A DNA stretch of 63,079 nucleotides, the filler included, from Reticulomyxa filosa (Eukaryota; Protista; Foraminifera): the NCBI GenBank assembly GCA_000512085.1. It is 18 parts of 18 records of this genome, joined end to end, with 100 filler letters (N's around TTAATTAATTAA, not from the genome) between each part and the next. Parts side by side here need not be neighbours in the genome. Positions count along the whole stretch, not along the records: positions 5,054 to 13,648 come from ASPP01006416.1; positions 13,749 to 16,156 come from ASPP01004534.1; positions 16,257 to 18,601 come from ASPP01009261.1; positions 18,702 to 20,892 come from ASPP01027509.1; positions 20,993 to 23,571 come from ASPP01023518.1; positions 23,672 to 25,178 come from ASPP01000950.1; 12 more parts are not named here. One strand, given 5' to 3'. A model generated the notes under the pieces. That model worked only from the letters and a program-made list of their open reading frames with translations, ran no database searches and was not told where the DNA came from. Both the position numbers and the translations under genes were made by a program. Below, one piece after another: positions 10,906-23,724 of the stretch. How positions within the stretch are numbered: the first letter of the stretch is position 1; every line of letters begins with the position of its first letter.

Positions 10906-13612
10906 ATGTCTTCACCTATATCAAGCAAACACTCCAGAGTAAGAAAATCCATTAATATTTGGCTTTATCTCCTTGGCTTGTTTAAATTTTGTTCTGTGAA
11001 AGAACAGTTTTTTTTTGTGTAAAACTAGCCAGACAAAGAACGCGATTATCAAGTTTATTTTTATCGTAAGCCATGTGGAATAACAGTAGAAACACACAAT
11101 TACATTGTTGAAGTGAAAGGCGAGGATTGTATTCCTCCAAGAACACAGGATGAAAAAAAAGAGAATGAAGAGATAACGACAGGTCCAGAGGATAAAGACA
11201 TGTGTGGCGGATATGTTGGGCTATGTATCAATGCACATACCATTGCGCATGTCTTTAGTGGCTCACTCATTCGCAAAGTCAATTCAATAGATATGTCACA
11301 GCAGCCAGCGTCACATGTTCAACAAATCATTGCAAAAACACCATTGCCTATGGTGATAACTTTCCAAGTTAAAAAAAAAGGGGGGTATAAAAAAAAAAAT
11401 TTTTGAACAAAAAAAAAAAAAAAAAAAAAAAGCCTCCGACGTTGTATCATCAAAAGAAACAAGAGTATGAACTTAACATTGAAGAATTTGGTTTTTATTT
11501 GATGGAAGTCTTGTCGTATGAGCGTAAGTGTGAAGTGTGGGACAGCATGACAACGTACCATATCACACAAGCAACCCATCACTTGCAAAGCGTGGAATCT
11601 CACACGGACAACATTCATAATGGACAACATAGAGCAAGTGTGGTCCATTGGAGTAATGTGGAAGAACCATCTAAGCAAAGGCCAAGCGCAAGTGTGCAGA
11701 GCAGCGAAAACGAGAAACAAAGAGAAAGTGAAGTGGAAATGAAGAAAGATCATTTCAACGCAAGCGCTCGTCACAGCATTGTTACTTTAAATAAGAACGA
11801 CAACGATCATCTTGAAGCAGTGCTTCCAATCACACATTTGAAGACATTGTTGTTCAAGTGTTTGGCGCTCTTTCACGAAGTTATTTTTCCGTTTGTTTTT
11901 TTTTTTTTTTTGCTTATTTCAAGAAGTATACGTACAGTTAATCTAAAAGTGGAAAGAAAGTTGGGGCGGTAAAAAAAAAAAAAAAAAAGGATAAGTATCA
12001 CAAAGAATTAAAAGCCATAGAAGCAACAGAAGTCGAAATTTACCTGAACGTATTGTCGCAGTATTTGATAAAGCTGTATTTGAAATCCAGTGAAACGATC
12101 TCAAAACAACAGTTTTTAAGATTTGGCAATGAACTGACAACAGTTTAATATTTGTTTATTTTATTTTTTTTTTTATGTCCCCCCCTTTTCTCTAGCAGTA
12201 ATAATAATGATGTGTACTGTATATGTGTGTATGTGTGTCTTTTTTTTTTTTTTTTTGTAAAAGATGTTTAATGGACAAAAATATCGTCCATTTCAAGTAG
12301 ACACATTTCGATTTGTCGAGTTTGTGACACGTAAGATCGTGCTGGATAATCTGTACCAATTGCATGCGTATCCGCATCGAAATGATCACGGACGCTATCG
12401 AGATCATGACTCGCAGGCATTTGAGGATTGCATTCAAATCACGCGCTTGTATCGTGTGCTGTACGACAGTTTGGATATTTATACGCAGTTTTATCGAATG
12501 ACCCCAACTTGGTATGACCATTTCAAAACGCAACAGATTGTCAGTTTGATGACAGAGTTCATCTTGTCTCAAGCGCAAAAGACGCGCCTCGACCACGGCC
12601 ATGTGGGGCCAGTGCAATGTCGGTCACATTGGACGCGCGAGCAATTGGTCGATCACATTCGATTGCTCTGCTTTTATCCGACCAAATACATTGTCATCAA
12701 AAAAGCTCGTCAGCACCAATACATGTCCGCAATCGATCCACAGCACATCCCCCGCACGCCACTCCGTTTGCAGACGCGTCTTCAAGCTTTCTCCAACGAA
12801 CGCTGTCCTATTCCGGGCATGGCCAACTCCCTGTCCTTTGACTACTGCTCCGATCAAGAAGAGGACGAAGATAATGATGACGACGAAGATGGAAATGAAG
12901 ATGAAGAAGGCGAAGAAAAAAAGAAGAAGAACATGATGACGATGACGATGATGATAATAATAATAATGACGATGATGATGATGATGATGTTTATGATAAT
13001 GATGAAGAAGAAGATCGAAATCATAGTAATAATGCTGGTGACAATGGTGAAGAGAAAAGAGCAAATGGTGGTGACAACGTGAAAAATAACAATGAGAGTA
13101 ATGTCAATGGAGATCGAAAGAAGACTAATGATGTCGCAAAAAAGGAAGATGGAGATGAAGAAAAAAAGTATAACACGGTGGATGCAGTTGACAATGTGCC
13201 ATCGAATAACGACAAAAAAGTAACCGATAAAAAAGATCATTACGACATTTCAATCACAAAGATTCCAAAAAAAAGAGCCTCCAGCAACCCACCAATGCCA
13301 CTGAACCAATCGACTTCAGCTGACTCCAAGGAAAAGCCACGGAAAAAAGGAATTGGTATCCTCATCGAGCCCTTCCACCAAAAGGCCCTTCAATGTAAAA
13401 AATACTCGTTTTCCATATCCACCTCAGCACCGTTGTTTAATCCAACACCCATTATGACCGCAACCAGTCTTGCTAGCACCAACAATTGCACTCAATCACT
13501 TAAACAAACACCTCGGAAAAAAAAAAAAAAGTATACTCCTCAACAAGTTATTCTTCAAAAAAAAAAAAAAAAAAAATGTACAACCAACAAATGTATTGAT
13601 GTTACATATTGA
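10906..13612 (+). CDS. Large multi-exon hypothetical protein with a PDZ-like segment and an acidic low-complexity region
   Basis: Co-oriented ORFs (11113-11368, ~11433-11880, 12264-, 13079-) separated by GT-AG homopolymer introns; GSLIRKVNSIDM..HVQQII..PLPMVITF resembles the C-terminal half of a PDZ domain. Confidence 0.5.
12868..13010 (+). repeat. (GAT/GAA/TAA)n trinucleotide low-complexity tract (poly-Asp/Glu/Asn coding)
   Basis: Directly visible; it generates spurious poly-M/I/H ORFs in other frames. Confidence 0.85.
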
Positions 13613-13756
13613 AAAAAAAAATTGTGTTTTAACGTGCAAAAATTGCATNNNNNNNNNNNNNNNNNNNNNNNNNNNNNNNNNNNNNNNNNNNNTTAATTAA
13701 TTAANNNNNNNNNNNNNNNNNNNNNNNNNNNNNNNNNNNNNNNNNNNNATATATAA

Positions 13757-13921
13757 TGGTCCAGGTAGGAGTCGAACCTACATACTAAAACGCTACCAAG
13801 GTCACATAGTAACTAAAATCACTTAGATTAATATTGTTGCAAATGTGCTCCGGATCACATCTACATCATACCAACCTATTGACTTTTTCATTGTATTATC
13901 TTAGCTTCCTCAAGCAAGACC
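13757..13921 (-). ncRNA. tRNA-like RNA: canonical T-arm and acceptor end with a long internal hairpin (atypical tRNA, tRNA pseudogene or tRNA-derived element)
   Basis: The 3' end GTAGG-TTCGACT-CCTAC-CTGGACC-A is a perfect T-arm (B-box) plus acceptor strand; the 5' GGTCTTG pairs at 6/7 positions; no canonical D or anticodon arm is present. Confidence 0.5.
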
Positions 13922-14434
13922 GAATTATTTTTATTATTTAATATATTTCAAACTAGGGGACTATGTCAAATTTCTTTATCAATTATTTTTTTATGTTAAA
14001 ATAATCTTTTTCTTCATTTATAATTCTGATATTGTGAAAAAAAATTAAAGTATAAGCAAGTGATATTTTGAAAAAAACTAGCGAATTCAAATAAAAATTT
14101 GCTTTTTCATCAATGCGAAGTTCTTATATAATGTTTTTACAATTTGAATGCATGTTTATGACAACAAAGATTTTATTTTAAAATCAAGTATTTAAAATTC
14201 TTTTAGTTTTTACACTAAATAAAAAAAGGTAATATTGTTTTGTTGTAATGCTTCCTATATAAAGTTTTTAAAAACATAAAAATGAATGGCTGAATCGTAG
14301 ACGAAGTACGATTTGGTTCATAAATGGAAATGCAAGAAAGAGAAAAAAAAGTTTTGGACAAAAAAAACAAACTATGGACGAATATTTTTATAAGATTTAT
14401 GATTTGTAATGTCTCTACAAGTCCAAATCAAATC

Positions 14435-15245
14435 TCAAGGTACATGGACAAAACTGTGCTCATTTTTCCCCACTTGAACAGCTTTGCCTTTCTTAAATTT
14501 CACCAAAACGCCGTGTGCTTTTTCACAATGACTTTTCAATAGAGTTGATTGAGTATAGCGTTTATCACACCAATTGCACTCATATGGTTTTTCACCAGTA
14601 TGTGTGTGCGTATGGCGTTTCAAGGCTGTTTTGTTCTTCCATTTCTTGCCACAATACATACATGCAAATGGCTTTTCGCCAGTGTGTGAAAACATGTGTC
14701 TGATTTTATCTCTTTTATATTCAAAGGTCATTGGACAATGTTCACATGACCATCTGATCTTACTTTTGTGTTTCACAGTGTTTGGGTCATTGTCATTCAT
14801 CATTTTGATCGATTCTTTGTACTTATGATTTGACATACTGTCGCTGTTGCTGCTGTTGTCATCAATACCATAGCCCCATTTCAGTTGATTTGAAGTAGGA
14901 CTACAAGGGTGCATCATTCCATAAGAGGGGTAGCCATAGTACTGGTAATTATTACTGTAAGTCCCTTCCAAAAAAAAGAAAAAGATTCTCGTGTTTTCGC
15001 ATGCAAGAAAAATTTTTTAGGTGATTTTTTTCTCCTACGTTGTTTTTACCGGTCATCAATTGTGCATAGCACTGCCGATAGTGAAGATTGTATGATGCTA
15101 TGTCATCAAAATGAATGTAGCAAATTTGGCATTGAAAATGCTCTGGCTTGATCATTTCACTCGAAAGACTAGTCATAGTTACTTCTGCAATACTTCCTTC
15201 TCCGTTAAACGTTTCTAAAGCTGGAACATCTTTAATTGAAAGCAT
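14435..15245 (-). CDS. C2H2 zinc-finger transcription factor (3 Kruppel-type fingers plus an upstream C2HC-like finger; 1 intron ~15050-14966)
   Basis: CEHC..HMFSH-TGEKPF-ACMYC..HTHTH-TGEKPY-ECNWC..HCEKAH; upstream FQCQIC..F...LHYRQC. Confidence 0.9.
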
Positions 15246-15496
15246 TTCTGTGTTTCCTATTGTTAAACAATTTGCGGAAGGCAAGGTTGAGTGTGTTTTC
15301 TAACAATATCTTGTCCTTTTTTTGGCTGAAACGTGCTAAAAAACTTTTCCTGTCGTACCAACTTCTTATACAGTTTGTTGTTTCGTAAAAGTTTTTATGT
15401 TTCTTTTTTACTTTATTTTAAATCAACTTTAGGAAAAAAAAAAGAAAGTAAAAACACGTTCGTTGTTTTGATCTTGGGTAAATTGGCTGTGGAGTG

Positions 15497-16067
15497 ATGA
15501 CTAGCATCAAATCGTCAAAAGCAGAAGAAAAGCATTCAGCAATAAAACAGGAAAAAGAATCACATAAGTCTGCTGAAGTAAGCGAAGAAGCAGCCGAAAA
15601 AGAACAAGAATGGGCAGAAAAAAATCCGACCTACTTCAAAGGCAGTGACAATCCAAAGCGTTTTATTGTGGGCGATGATTACAAAGTTATACACAGCAAA
15701 ATTTTAAAATCTTTTGACTGATTAGTGTATGTGATACACATATATTGGGGAATCGAATTGATAGGAAGAGTTGGCCCGGCTGCAAAAAATGGAAAAATAT
15801 CGAGGAAAATATGCAGAATTGTATCAACGAAAAATATCGGAAGCAAAGACAAAGAACGAAAAGAAGCAGCATTTACGAATAATGCAATTTAACGTATTGG
15901 CAGACGGTTTGAGTGGATTGTATCAAAACAGTAAAATGAAGGATAAGGCATTTGTTTGCGTACCAGAAGAGGCCTTAGAGTTTAGCTATCGTGGCTTTCG
16001 AATTGTCGAAGAAATCATGCGACAAGAACCAGACGTTGTTACAATGGAAGAAGTCGACCAATTTGAG
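15497..16067 (+). CDS. Nocturnin/CCR4-like EEP-family phosphatase/deadenylase (3'-partial)
   Basis: LRIMQFNVLADGL..FVCVPEEALEF..R...IVEEI....PDVVTMEEVDQF matches the nocturnin N-terminal EEP motifs. Confidence 0.85.
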
Positions 16068-16298
16068 GTATACTTTTTTTTTTTTTTTTTTTTTTTTGGA
16101 GGGTTATCATTGACTATGTATGGCCTATCGAAATTTGGGGGGAATTATCTAAAAAANNNNNNNNNNNNNNNNNNNNNNNNNNNNNNNNNNNNNNNNNNNN
16201 TTAATTAATTAANNNNNNNNNNNNNNNNNNNNNNNNNNNNNNNNNNNNNNNNNNNNTATACGTAGACTTTCAAGTGCTTTAAAATTTTTTTTTTTTTT

Positions 16299-16989
16299 TT
16301 AAATAGTAAACTTTCTATCCTTTATTGTGATTCTATTCTGTGGTAATAGAGAGAAAGATAAATAACCACCATACTTCCCATCGTCATCACTGTCGTTATC
16401 ACTTTCGTTTGCTTGTGTTCTTCCTCCTCTGTTTTGTTCCGTGTCGTTGTCATTAATTTCTTCGATAAAATTGATGTCGTCGCTCTTTGATTGCTGCAAG
16501 GTCGGTCTCCACTTTTCGTGGAAACAAAACACCACTGTGTGATCCAAGATGTCGTCGCTCGCATTGGGATGCTTCCATTGGGCCAACACTTGCTGCAAGT
16601 GCTGCGCCTGGTTTTTCATTTGCTTTTTTCTTTGCTCCGGACACAATTCCATCAACTCTCTTAAGCTCACTCTTATCAATCTCAAATTTTTTCCCAGTTT
16701 TACGTTCCATTTCAACTTTTCTTGTTTCCATTCCAACAAGAACTTTCTTGTTTTTATTTTTATTTTTTATTTTTTTCCCGTTCCCTTCCTCCTTTTTTTT
16801 TTTTTGTCAATGTGTATACTAAAAGGTCTGTTTGTTAGATGCAGTGCGATAGTTGATGTGTACCTTCAAAATTTTTCTAAAAAAAAAAATTATCCCACTA
16901 AACATTTGCTCATTTTTCTGGGACGGCGGAACAAGACAGCCCAATATTCTCTCTTTCTCTTCATGAGTATTCTCAATAGCTTGTGTCAT
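16299..16989 (-). CDS. Hypothetical protein (multi-exon, 3'-partial, possible homopolymer frameshift ~16625)
   Basis: ATG at 16989, coding-like composition, and overlapping ORFs 16453-16731 and 16299-16739. Confidence 0.4.
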
Positions 16990-17320
16990 AATTTCGTTCT
17001 TTTTTTTTTATCCTGCAAAAAAGAGTTAAAACTTTCTTTTATCCAAGATTCCAAAAATTGAGTGCTCCAAAAGAGGAAGACCCCCTAAACTGTCAGTTTT
17101 TTTTCTGATCGTATCTCTGCGTTTCTACAATTATTGATATATGCATTAAAAAAAGCAGTCACTTGAACAATAGACCTTGCAATACAAAAAAGTTTTTTTG
17201 TGCAGCTGGTGTTTTTTAAAGGAATGCAAATTAAAAACTACTTTAAAGCAAACGACGACAAAAAAAAAAAAAGAAAAATCTTCAATCTAAAAAAAAACTA
17301 AATATCATCAAACTGATCCA

Positions 17321-18212
17321 ATGGGCCAGTGTTGTGCCGCTCCGCCCGTTGATGTAAATTCTGTAACAGGCTTCAAAGAGGAACAAGAGGGATCTTTGAC
17401 CTTCAGTGCAGAGAATGACTGCAATCCAGTGACCCCAATTGTGAAAGACAAGCTTCAGTCTTCAGCAGGAGGGGAGACAAAGCCGACTGTCCAGGAAGAT
17501 CCAAAGAGCAGCGAAGGAGGAGTAATAGCAGGAAGTGGAGGAGCAGCGATATCCCCAGGCAAAAAGGTACCAAGCACATTTGTTTATCCGATTTAATGCA
17601 ACAAAAAAAAAAAAAAAAAAGGGGGAGAGGAGAAAAGAACATTCAAAAACTTTTTGAACTTTATTTATTTATTTTTAAAAACAAACAAAACAAAAAAAAA
17701 ACAGAAGGGTGCAGATGGAAGAGAGTACTCGAAATCAGGTCGAATGATCTTCACAGGATCTATTCAACAGTTACCATCAAATGAAACGGCAACGACGAAA
17801 GACAAGATTAAACCGGAAGCGGAAAAAGAAAAAGAAAAAGAGAAAGAGACAAGAACAGAGAAGACAGAAAAAGAAGAAGCAACAAGGAACAAGATGATAT
17901 CTTGGTCCGAGCTGTCGATCAACGACTTGTATCGGTTCATCCGTGCATATTTTGCAGAATGCATATGGAATGGAAAGTCGCCGATTGGCGCGCATCATCC
18001 TTATAATCATAGCCATCACAACAATCACTACTACTACTCGGGTGCGGTCAATCGCAACGACTTTATTTATTTGGTATGCGACTACTTGAATGGAGATACG
18101 ATTCATCCTCTCCATCACGAATACGACGTTTTGTACTTTATTACCAGTCATGAGATTTTCAAATGTGATCTTTTTACTAATCATCATCATCCTCTTCCAG
18201 TTACTACTACTG

Positions 18213-18257
<45 letters not shown>

Positions 18258-18538
18258 ATAGTAATACTGTTACTACTGCTACTGCTGCTATTAATACTAC
18301 TGTTACTGATCCTCGTACTAATCTTTCTACTAATAATCCTGCAAGCGATAACAACAAACCCAATCGCGTGTCCAATCTCGAGTCTTTATCTCCTCAACAG
18401 CCTAACAGTCATGACAACATACAAAGCATCGCCAGTCATAGCTATTCGCCTCCGAGTGTTGGCGATTTGAACTTGCTTCACTTAAGTTTAGGAAACGAGG
18501 TTCAAGTTGCTAATGTTTGTTTTTGTTTACTCTTTTAA
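17321..18538 (+). CDS. Hypothetical protein with N-myristoylation/palmitoylation-type N-terminus (MGQCC), 3'-partial
   Basis: MGQCCAAP start; exon 2 (~17705-18500) is a long ORF with a poly-Thr (ACT)n tract. Confidence 0.6.
18203..18335 (+). repeat. (ACT)n microsatellite encoding poly-Thr
   Basis: Directly visible. Confidence 0.9.
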
Positions 18539-19206
18539 CCCCTTTTTTTTTTTTTTTTGTAGTTGTTCCCCGTTTTCTGGTTGTGAGAAACGAATTTTGA
18601 TNNNNNNNNNNNNNNNNNNNNNNNNNNNNNNNNNNNNNNNNNNNNTTAATTAATTAANNNNNNNNNNNNNNNNNNNNNNNNNNNNNNNNNNNNNNNNNNN
18701 NTTTAATGTCTGAATACAGCAACTTCAACAAAAATTAAACCGAGCCATGGGACAATTATCTAATGTCAAAACTACTGTATTAAGTCGATTCGGAAGAAAT
18801 ACCACGAGTCCGACCAATACAACTACCCCAAATGTCAACAGCAATGGTCCATTTTCAACAAATCAAAAATTGTAAACAATGATTTTTCATTTTTGTGTGT
18901 TTTTCTTTGTTTCTGAACAAATTGTTTACGTTCTTTTTCTCCGTTTTGTGACCCGTTTTTTTTTCCGTTGAATATGTCGATAATTGCTATGCAATCTCAA
19001 AATCATACGTGTGAGATCTAAGTGTCCGTGTTTTTCAGCCAATGCAGTCTATTTGGTGCAATCGACACAAAAACTATCCATATAACAATACACAACGAAG
19101 ATATGTTAAAGTGAAACACTATCAGCGAAGTATCTTAAAAAAGAAAGAAAAGTTCACATTATAATTTGAAGTTGAAAAAAAAACAACAACAGCAACAACA
19201 GCAAGA

Positions 19207-19374
19207 ATGGAAGAAGAAAAACAAGCAACATCGCCACTAGCACGGCCAGTGAAAACACCGCCGTCGTCGCCATCATCATCGCCACCAGCACGGCCAGTGA
19301 AAACACCGCCGTCACCATCAACATATCCACAACAACCACAACATCCACAGCCGCACCATCAGCAAAGTATGTGA
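19207..19374 (+). CDS. Short S/T/P/Q-rich ORF or first exon containing a 48-bp tandem duplication (SPxARPVKTPPS x2)
   Basis: ATG at 19207; GCACGGCCAGTGAAAACACCGCCGTC occurs twice; possible donor GTATGT at ~19367. Confidence 0.35.
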   Translation: MEEEKQATSPLARPVKTPPSSPSSSPPARPVKTPPSPSTYPQQPQHPQPHHQQSM

Positions 19375-21108
19375 GAAATATTTGATTATTAAATATATAG
19401 AATGAATGAATAAATCAAGTAAATTAAAAATTCAAATTAATTAAATAATTATAATGTGAGAAATAATTAATCTGGATATTATATTAATACATATGAAAAC
19501 GAGATTATGAAAAAAGAAATAAATTAGTGATTACAATCATTGTAATTCTATTTGTTTCATTTCATTTGTTTTTCTTTCTTTTCTGATTTAACCAAATCAA
19601 TAGCTATTTGCAAAATACTTTTTTTGTGTTGCATTTTGCGTAAATACAAGCCAAATATTTTTTTTTTTTCGAAAGGGGCTAGACAAATTAAGTTGAGAAT
19701 GATTTTAAATTTATATATAATGAAGCGAGACATTTGTTGGTATGTCCATTGAAATGACTACATCACCTTTGGACTTTACCTTAGCAATTGTGTACAACAA
19801 TCTGTGTTATTCAGTGTGACAGAAGAAAAGCGATTGAACAAAATGGACCAACAATTAATTGATATTTTGTTAACAAAAAAGGACTTTTGAAAAAAAAGTT
19901 GATAAAAAGATTTGAATGCATATTGGGGGGAGGTAGGACATAGTGCCAAGCGAGGCATCATTATTTTATAAAAGACATGTTGCAAATGGTGAAAATGTTC
20001 ACACAATACTTGACACAAGCATTGCAACAAAAATACTATCATTTACTCACTGCGGCCGAAAGTATAACAAAAATACCACAAATGAACATACATACTGTCA
20101 ATGCTTCTGTGCCTCATATGTATGGAGACAAATTCAAAAGTTGAATAATTTTTTTGTTTTTTTTAATCCATTTTTTTTTTTAGAGTTGTTTGATGTTTTA
20201 AAAAAATAATTGTAAAAAAATGATAAAGGTTCACCTGAAATGAAATTTGTTGCAGAATTATGCAAATTTTTTTTTTGTGCTCATTGATTTTATTGATTTC
20301 TTTTTTTTTTTTTCAACTCTTCACTCAAAATGAATTTTTTTATTTAATAAATGAAAAACTTTTTGATTTGTATATCTTTTTGAAGTACCGATGCATATAA
20401 TGTGAATACTTGTGTTGGTCCAAAAAAATATTTTCGTTGATCCATGTTGTAACTTGGAACTATTTTCTTTGCCAATTCTGTATTACTTTTTTTTATTGAT
20501 AAAAAAAATTAGATGTTTTCATTTTTCTTACAAAATATTTTTGTTCAGTTTAAAAACATATTTTATTTACTGATTTGTTGCTAGTGATCTTTCAATAAAT
20601 ATTTCTAAGAATCAAAGAGTGAACCAAAAAAAAAATTAGAAACCATTTGTTATCAATACACCAAATGGTTTCTGTATGACATTTTGTCTTTGATACAGAA
20701 TATAAATATAGATCAATTCAATGCCAGTATGTTGATTAAATATTTGAAATTACTTATTTTCTTATTGTCATATGATAAAAAAACAAATAATATGTTATAT
20801 AGTAATGGTATTGTGAAAATTTCAACACAATACACATTATTTGAATGTTTATACAACGATTGATCTAGAGCAAATGAGTTAACTACTATCAANNNNNNNN
20901 NNNNNNNNNNNNNNNNNNNNNNNNNNNNNNNNNNNNTTAATTAATTAANNNNNNNNNNNNNNNNNNNNNNNNNNNNNNNNNNNNNNNNNNNNTTTTTTTT
21001 TCCCCCCTTTTTTTTTTTTTTTTTTTTTTTTTTTGAAAAAAATACACACACACATGCACGTGCTCGAATTGTGGTGTAGCACCCACGCGAAGTAATGCAT
21101 CCCCTGAT

Positions 21109-22679
21109 TTGTCGCCGGCTTTGCCATTGGACGACTTGGATAATATGATGTTGCCGCCGCTAATCTTGGAAGACATGCCTTTGCAAAAGACCCATCTGCA
21201 TGCCAATGACACGACAAATGTTGTCTCCAATCCTCTGCCTACCGAAAATGCAAGCCAGCCGAGTTTGCAATGCCCTCGACCTCTACCCGCACCGGTGCCG
21301 CCTCCCCACCCCCAATCGCAATTGCTGCCGTTGCAATCCGATATGGCTGTGGAATTGATGATGCATGCAAAGGACAATGACAGCAACAACAACAATAATA
21401 ACAATAACAATAACAATAACAATAACAATAACAACAACAATAATATTAATAACAACGACAAGAAGACAAAGAATAATCCATCGCCAATGAACGGGTCCTA
21501 TCACTTGCAAATGAATCTTTCGCCTCTTCACGTCCCAACCACAGAGTCCACTCAACTTATATTCAACGACAGCTCGACACCTCTCCCCTCCTCCAATGGC
21601 TCTGTGTCCACCCATTCGCGCATGGTGTTGCTGCGAAAGTACTATCGCCTAAATCACAAGTGCAAATGGGTAGTCCAGCTCTTGCTCTCGCTTTGGTGTG
21701 TCTCTGCCGCGGTATTCATTTTGAGTTGAGTCTTCTCTTTCTCTCTGTCTTTCGTACTTGCTATTCAATACAAAAAGACGAGAGATAGACTGAATTTCTG
21801 TCATTTCTTCCTTAATCATATATACATAAACACATATATGTATAAGTATATATGTATATGAAATATTATATAGTGTGTGTGTGTGTATGATTGTGCGGTT
21901 GTTCCAGCTTCGGTATTCAACTTGACTCGAACGTAGAATATACCAATCCCTATGAGCAGGCCATCATTAGTCATTGCGACAATGATGTTGACGTCCCTGA
22001 GCTCAATCAGATATTGTACAGTTGAGTGGGTGAGACCAATTATTTCAACGAATGTACGTATACATACATTACTTGATGAGTATACTACTCCACAATAAAA
22101 AAAAGATAAAAAAATAAACAAACAAACAAATAAAAAGGTGTGACTAAAGAGCATATTAGGACGCTAAAACATCAACAGTCATCCGACTACGGCCTTTCAG
22201 AAACAGTTGCATGGATCTACTCCGGATTGTTCAGTGTGGGAATATTCTGGCTTGTAATAAGTCCACTTTGGGTGATATCCCAAAGCGTTTATATGAGCTG
22301 TCAATACGGCAATTTTGTTCCCCATAAAAAAGACAATGCACTTTTGCGAACGCTTACTGCTACCCTTACCCCTCCTTTTACACCGACAATGGCACCAACG
22401 AACGATAGTGCACCCTTGCCAATTACATTAACGCAAAGGCAATCCGAGATATTGCCGTCGCGACCAAGAAATGCCACTGCCACCGCCACTGAAACTACAA
22501 ATGCAATTACAACGACATCTTTAACCACTAAGACAAGCACAAACAACGCCATTAATCGGAAAGAAGGTAATACCTCATCCCAATCCAAAAGTGAAAATAA
22601 TCTTCCTGTGGCACACCAAGTCTTTGACGTGTTTGCAGAAATTCAGTGGATAAATGACAATACGTCATACCAAGAATAA
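21109..22679 (+). CDS. Hypothetical membrane protein with Pro/Asn-rich region (5'-partial, multi-exon)
   Basis: ORFs 21109-21729 and 22140-22679 carry hydrophobic helices (WVVQLLLSLWCVSAAVFIL; AWIYSGLFSVGIFWLVISPLWV) and an (AAT/AAC)n poly-Asn tract. Confidence 0.6.
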
Positions 22680-23531
22680 ATAAAAAACATCTTCCAATAA
22701 ATCTATTCTTAGATCATAATAGTATCAACAATTTTCTATATCTTGTCCTTTGTCATTATTTTAATTTTTCCAAGGCAGAGCCACTGTTTTTTCAATCTTC
22801 TTTTGTTTTTTTGTACATCAACTGAACCCGTTTTTTTCTTTTCCAAGCGGATGGACTTGAAAATCTTAATTGTCAAATTTATTCACATAACAGAATTTTC
22901 TAAAAAAAGTTAAACAAACAGTCAAATTTTGTACATCAATGTTAAATATACAGTGCATATTTCCTTCAGAATTTTATTAGTAAATTTTTTCAATATTGAT
23001 ATGCTTAGATATTTTTACTGGAAAAAAAAGAAAAAAAGACAAACATGAAAAAGTAATAATTTTTGTCCAGCGTCGTAGAACGACGACTGATATAAATTTT
23101 TACTTTTTCATGTTTTCCTTTTTTTCTTTTTTTAAAAATGTGTTGTTTATGCTTTTTTTTTGTGTTGCTACTGTATAACTTGTTGGACGTAGCGTTGTAT
23201 ATGAGTTTATCTGTCCAAAAATTGTGTTAATTTTTTTTTTTAGCTACGTATTATTTGCTATTATTAATTTTTTTTTACTTATTTATTTTATTATTGCTGT
23301 TACCATAATGTTATTTTGCTTTTTTTGATTTTAGTTTTAATTTAAAATTAATAAATGTTTGGCAAATTTTATTTATTTGAAGCGATAGTTTTAGTCTACT
23401 TGGATCATCTAATTTTTTCTTTGTTTAGTACTTAAGAATTGTCGTCATATTTTTGAATAGGCGTGTGATATGCAAACAGATATAAAAAATATTGTTCTAT
23501 GCATTGATTTGTGCAAAACTTTTAACCTACA

Positions 23532-23571
23532 TACAGTAAGATAAAAAAGAAAGTTGACACCTAAAATGCCA
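23532..23571 (+). mobile_element. Probable Tc1/mariner-type terminal inverted repeat at the contig end
   Basis: TA-CAGTAAGATAAAAAAGAAAGTTGACACCTAAAATGCCA; a closely related copy lies in reverse orientation at 53032-53071. Confidence 0.65.
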
Positions 23572-23724
23572 NNNNNNNNNNNNNNNNNNNNNNNNNNNNN
23601 NNNNNNNNNNNNNNNTTAATTAATTAANNNNNNNNNNNNNNNNNNNNNNNNNNNNNNNNNNNNNNNNNNNNTTTCAACATTCCAACAAGTTTTTTGTTTT
23701 TATTGTTATTCTTTGCTTCTAGTC

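Noticed and set aside
12624-13240. Poly-His, poly-Ile and poly-Met ORFs
   Set aside because: Alternative-frame readings of a GAT/TAA microsatellite.
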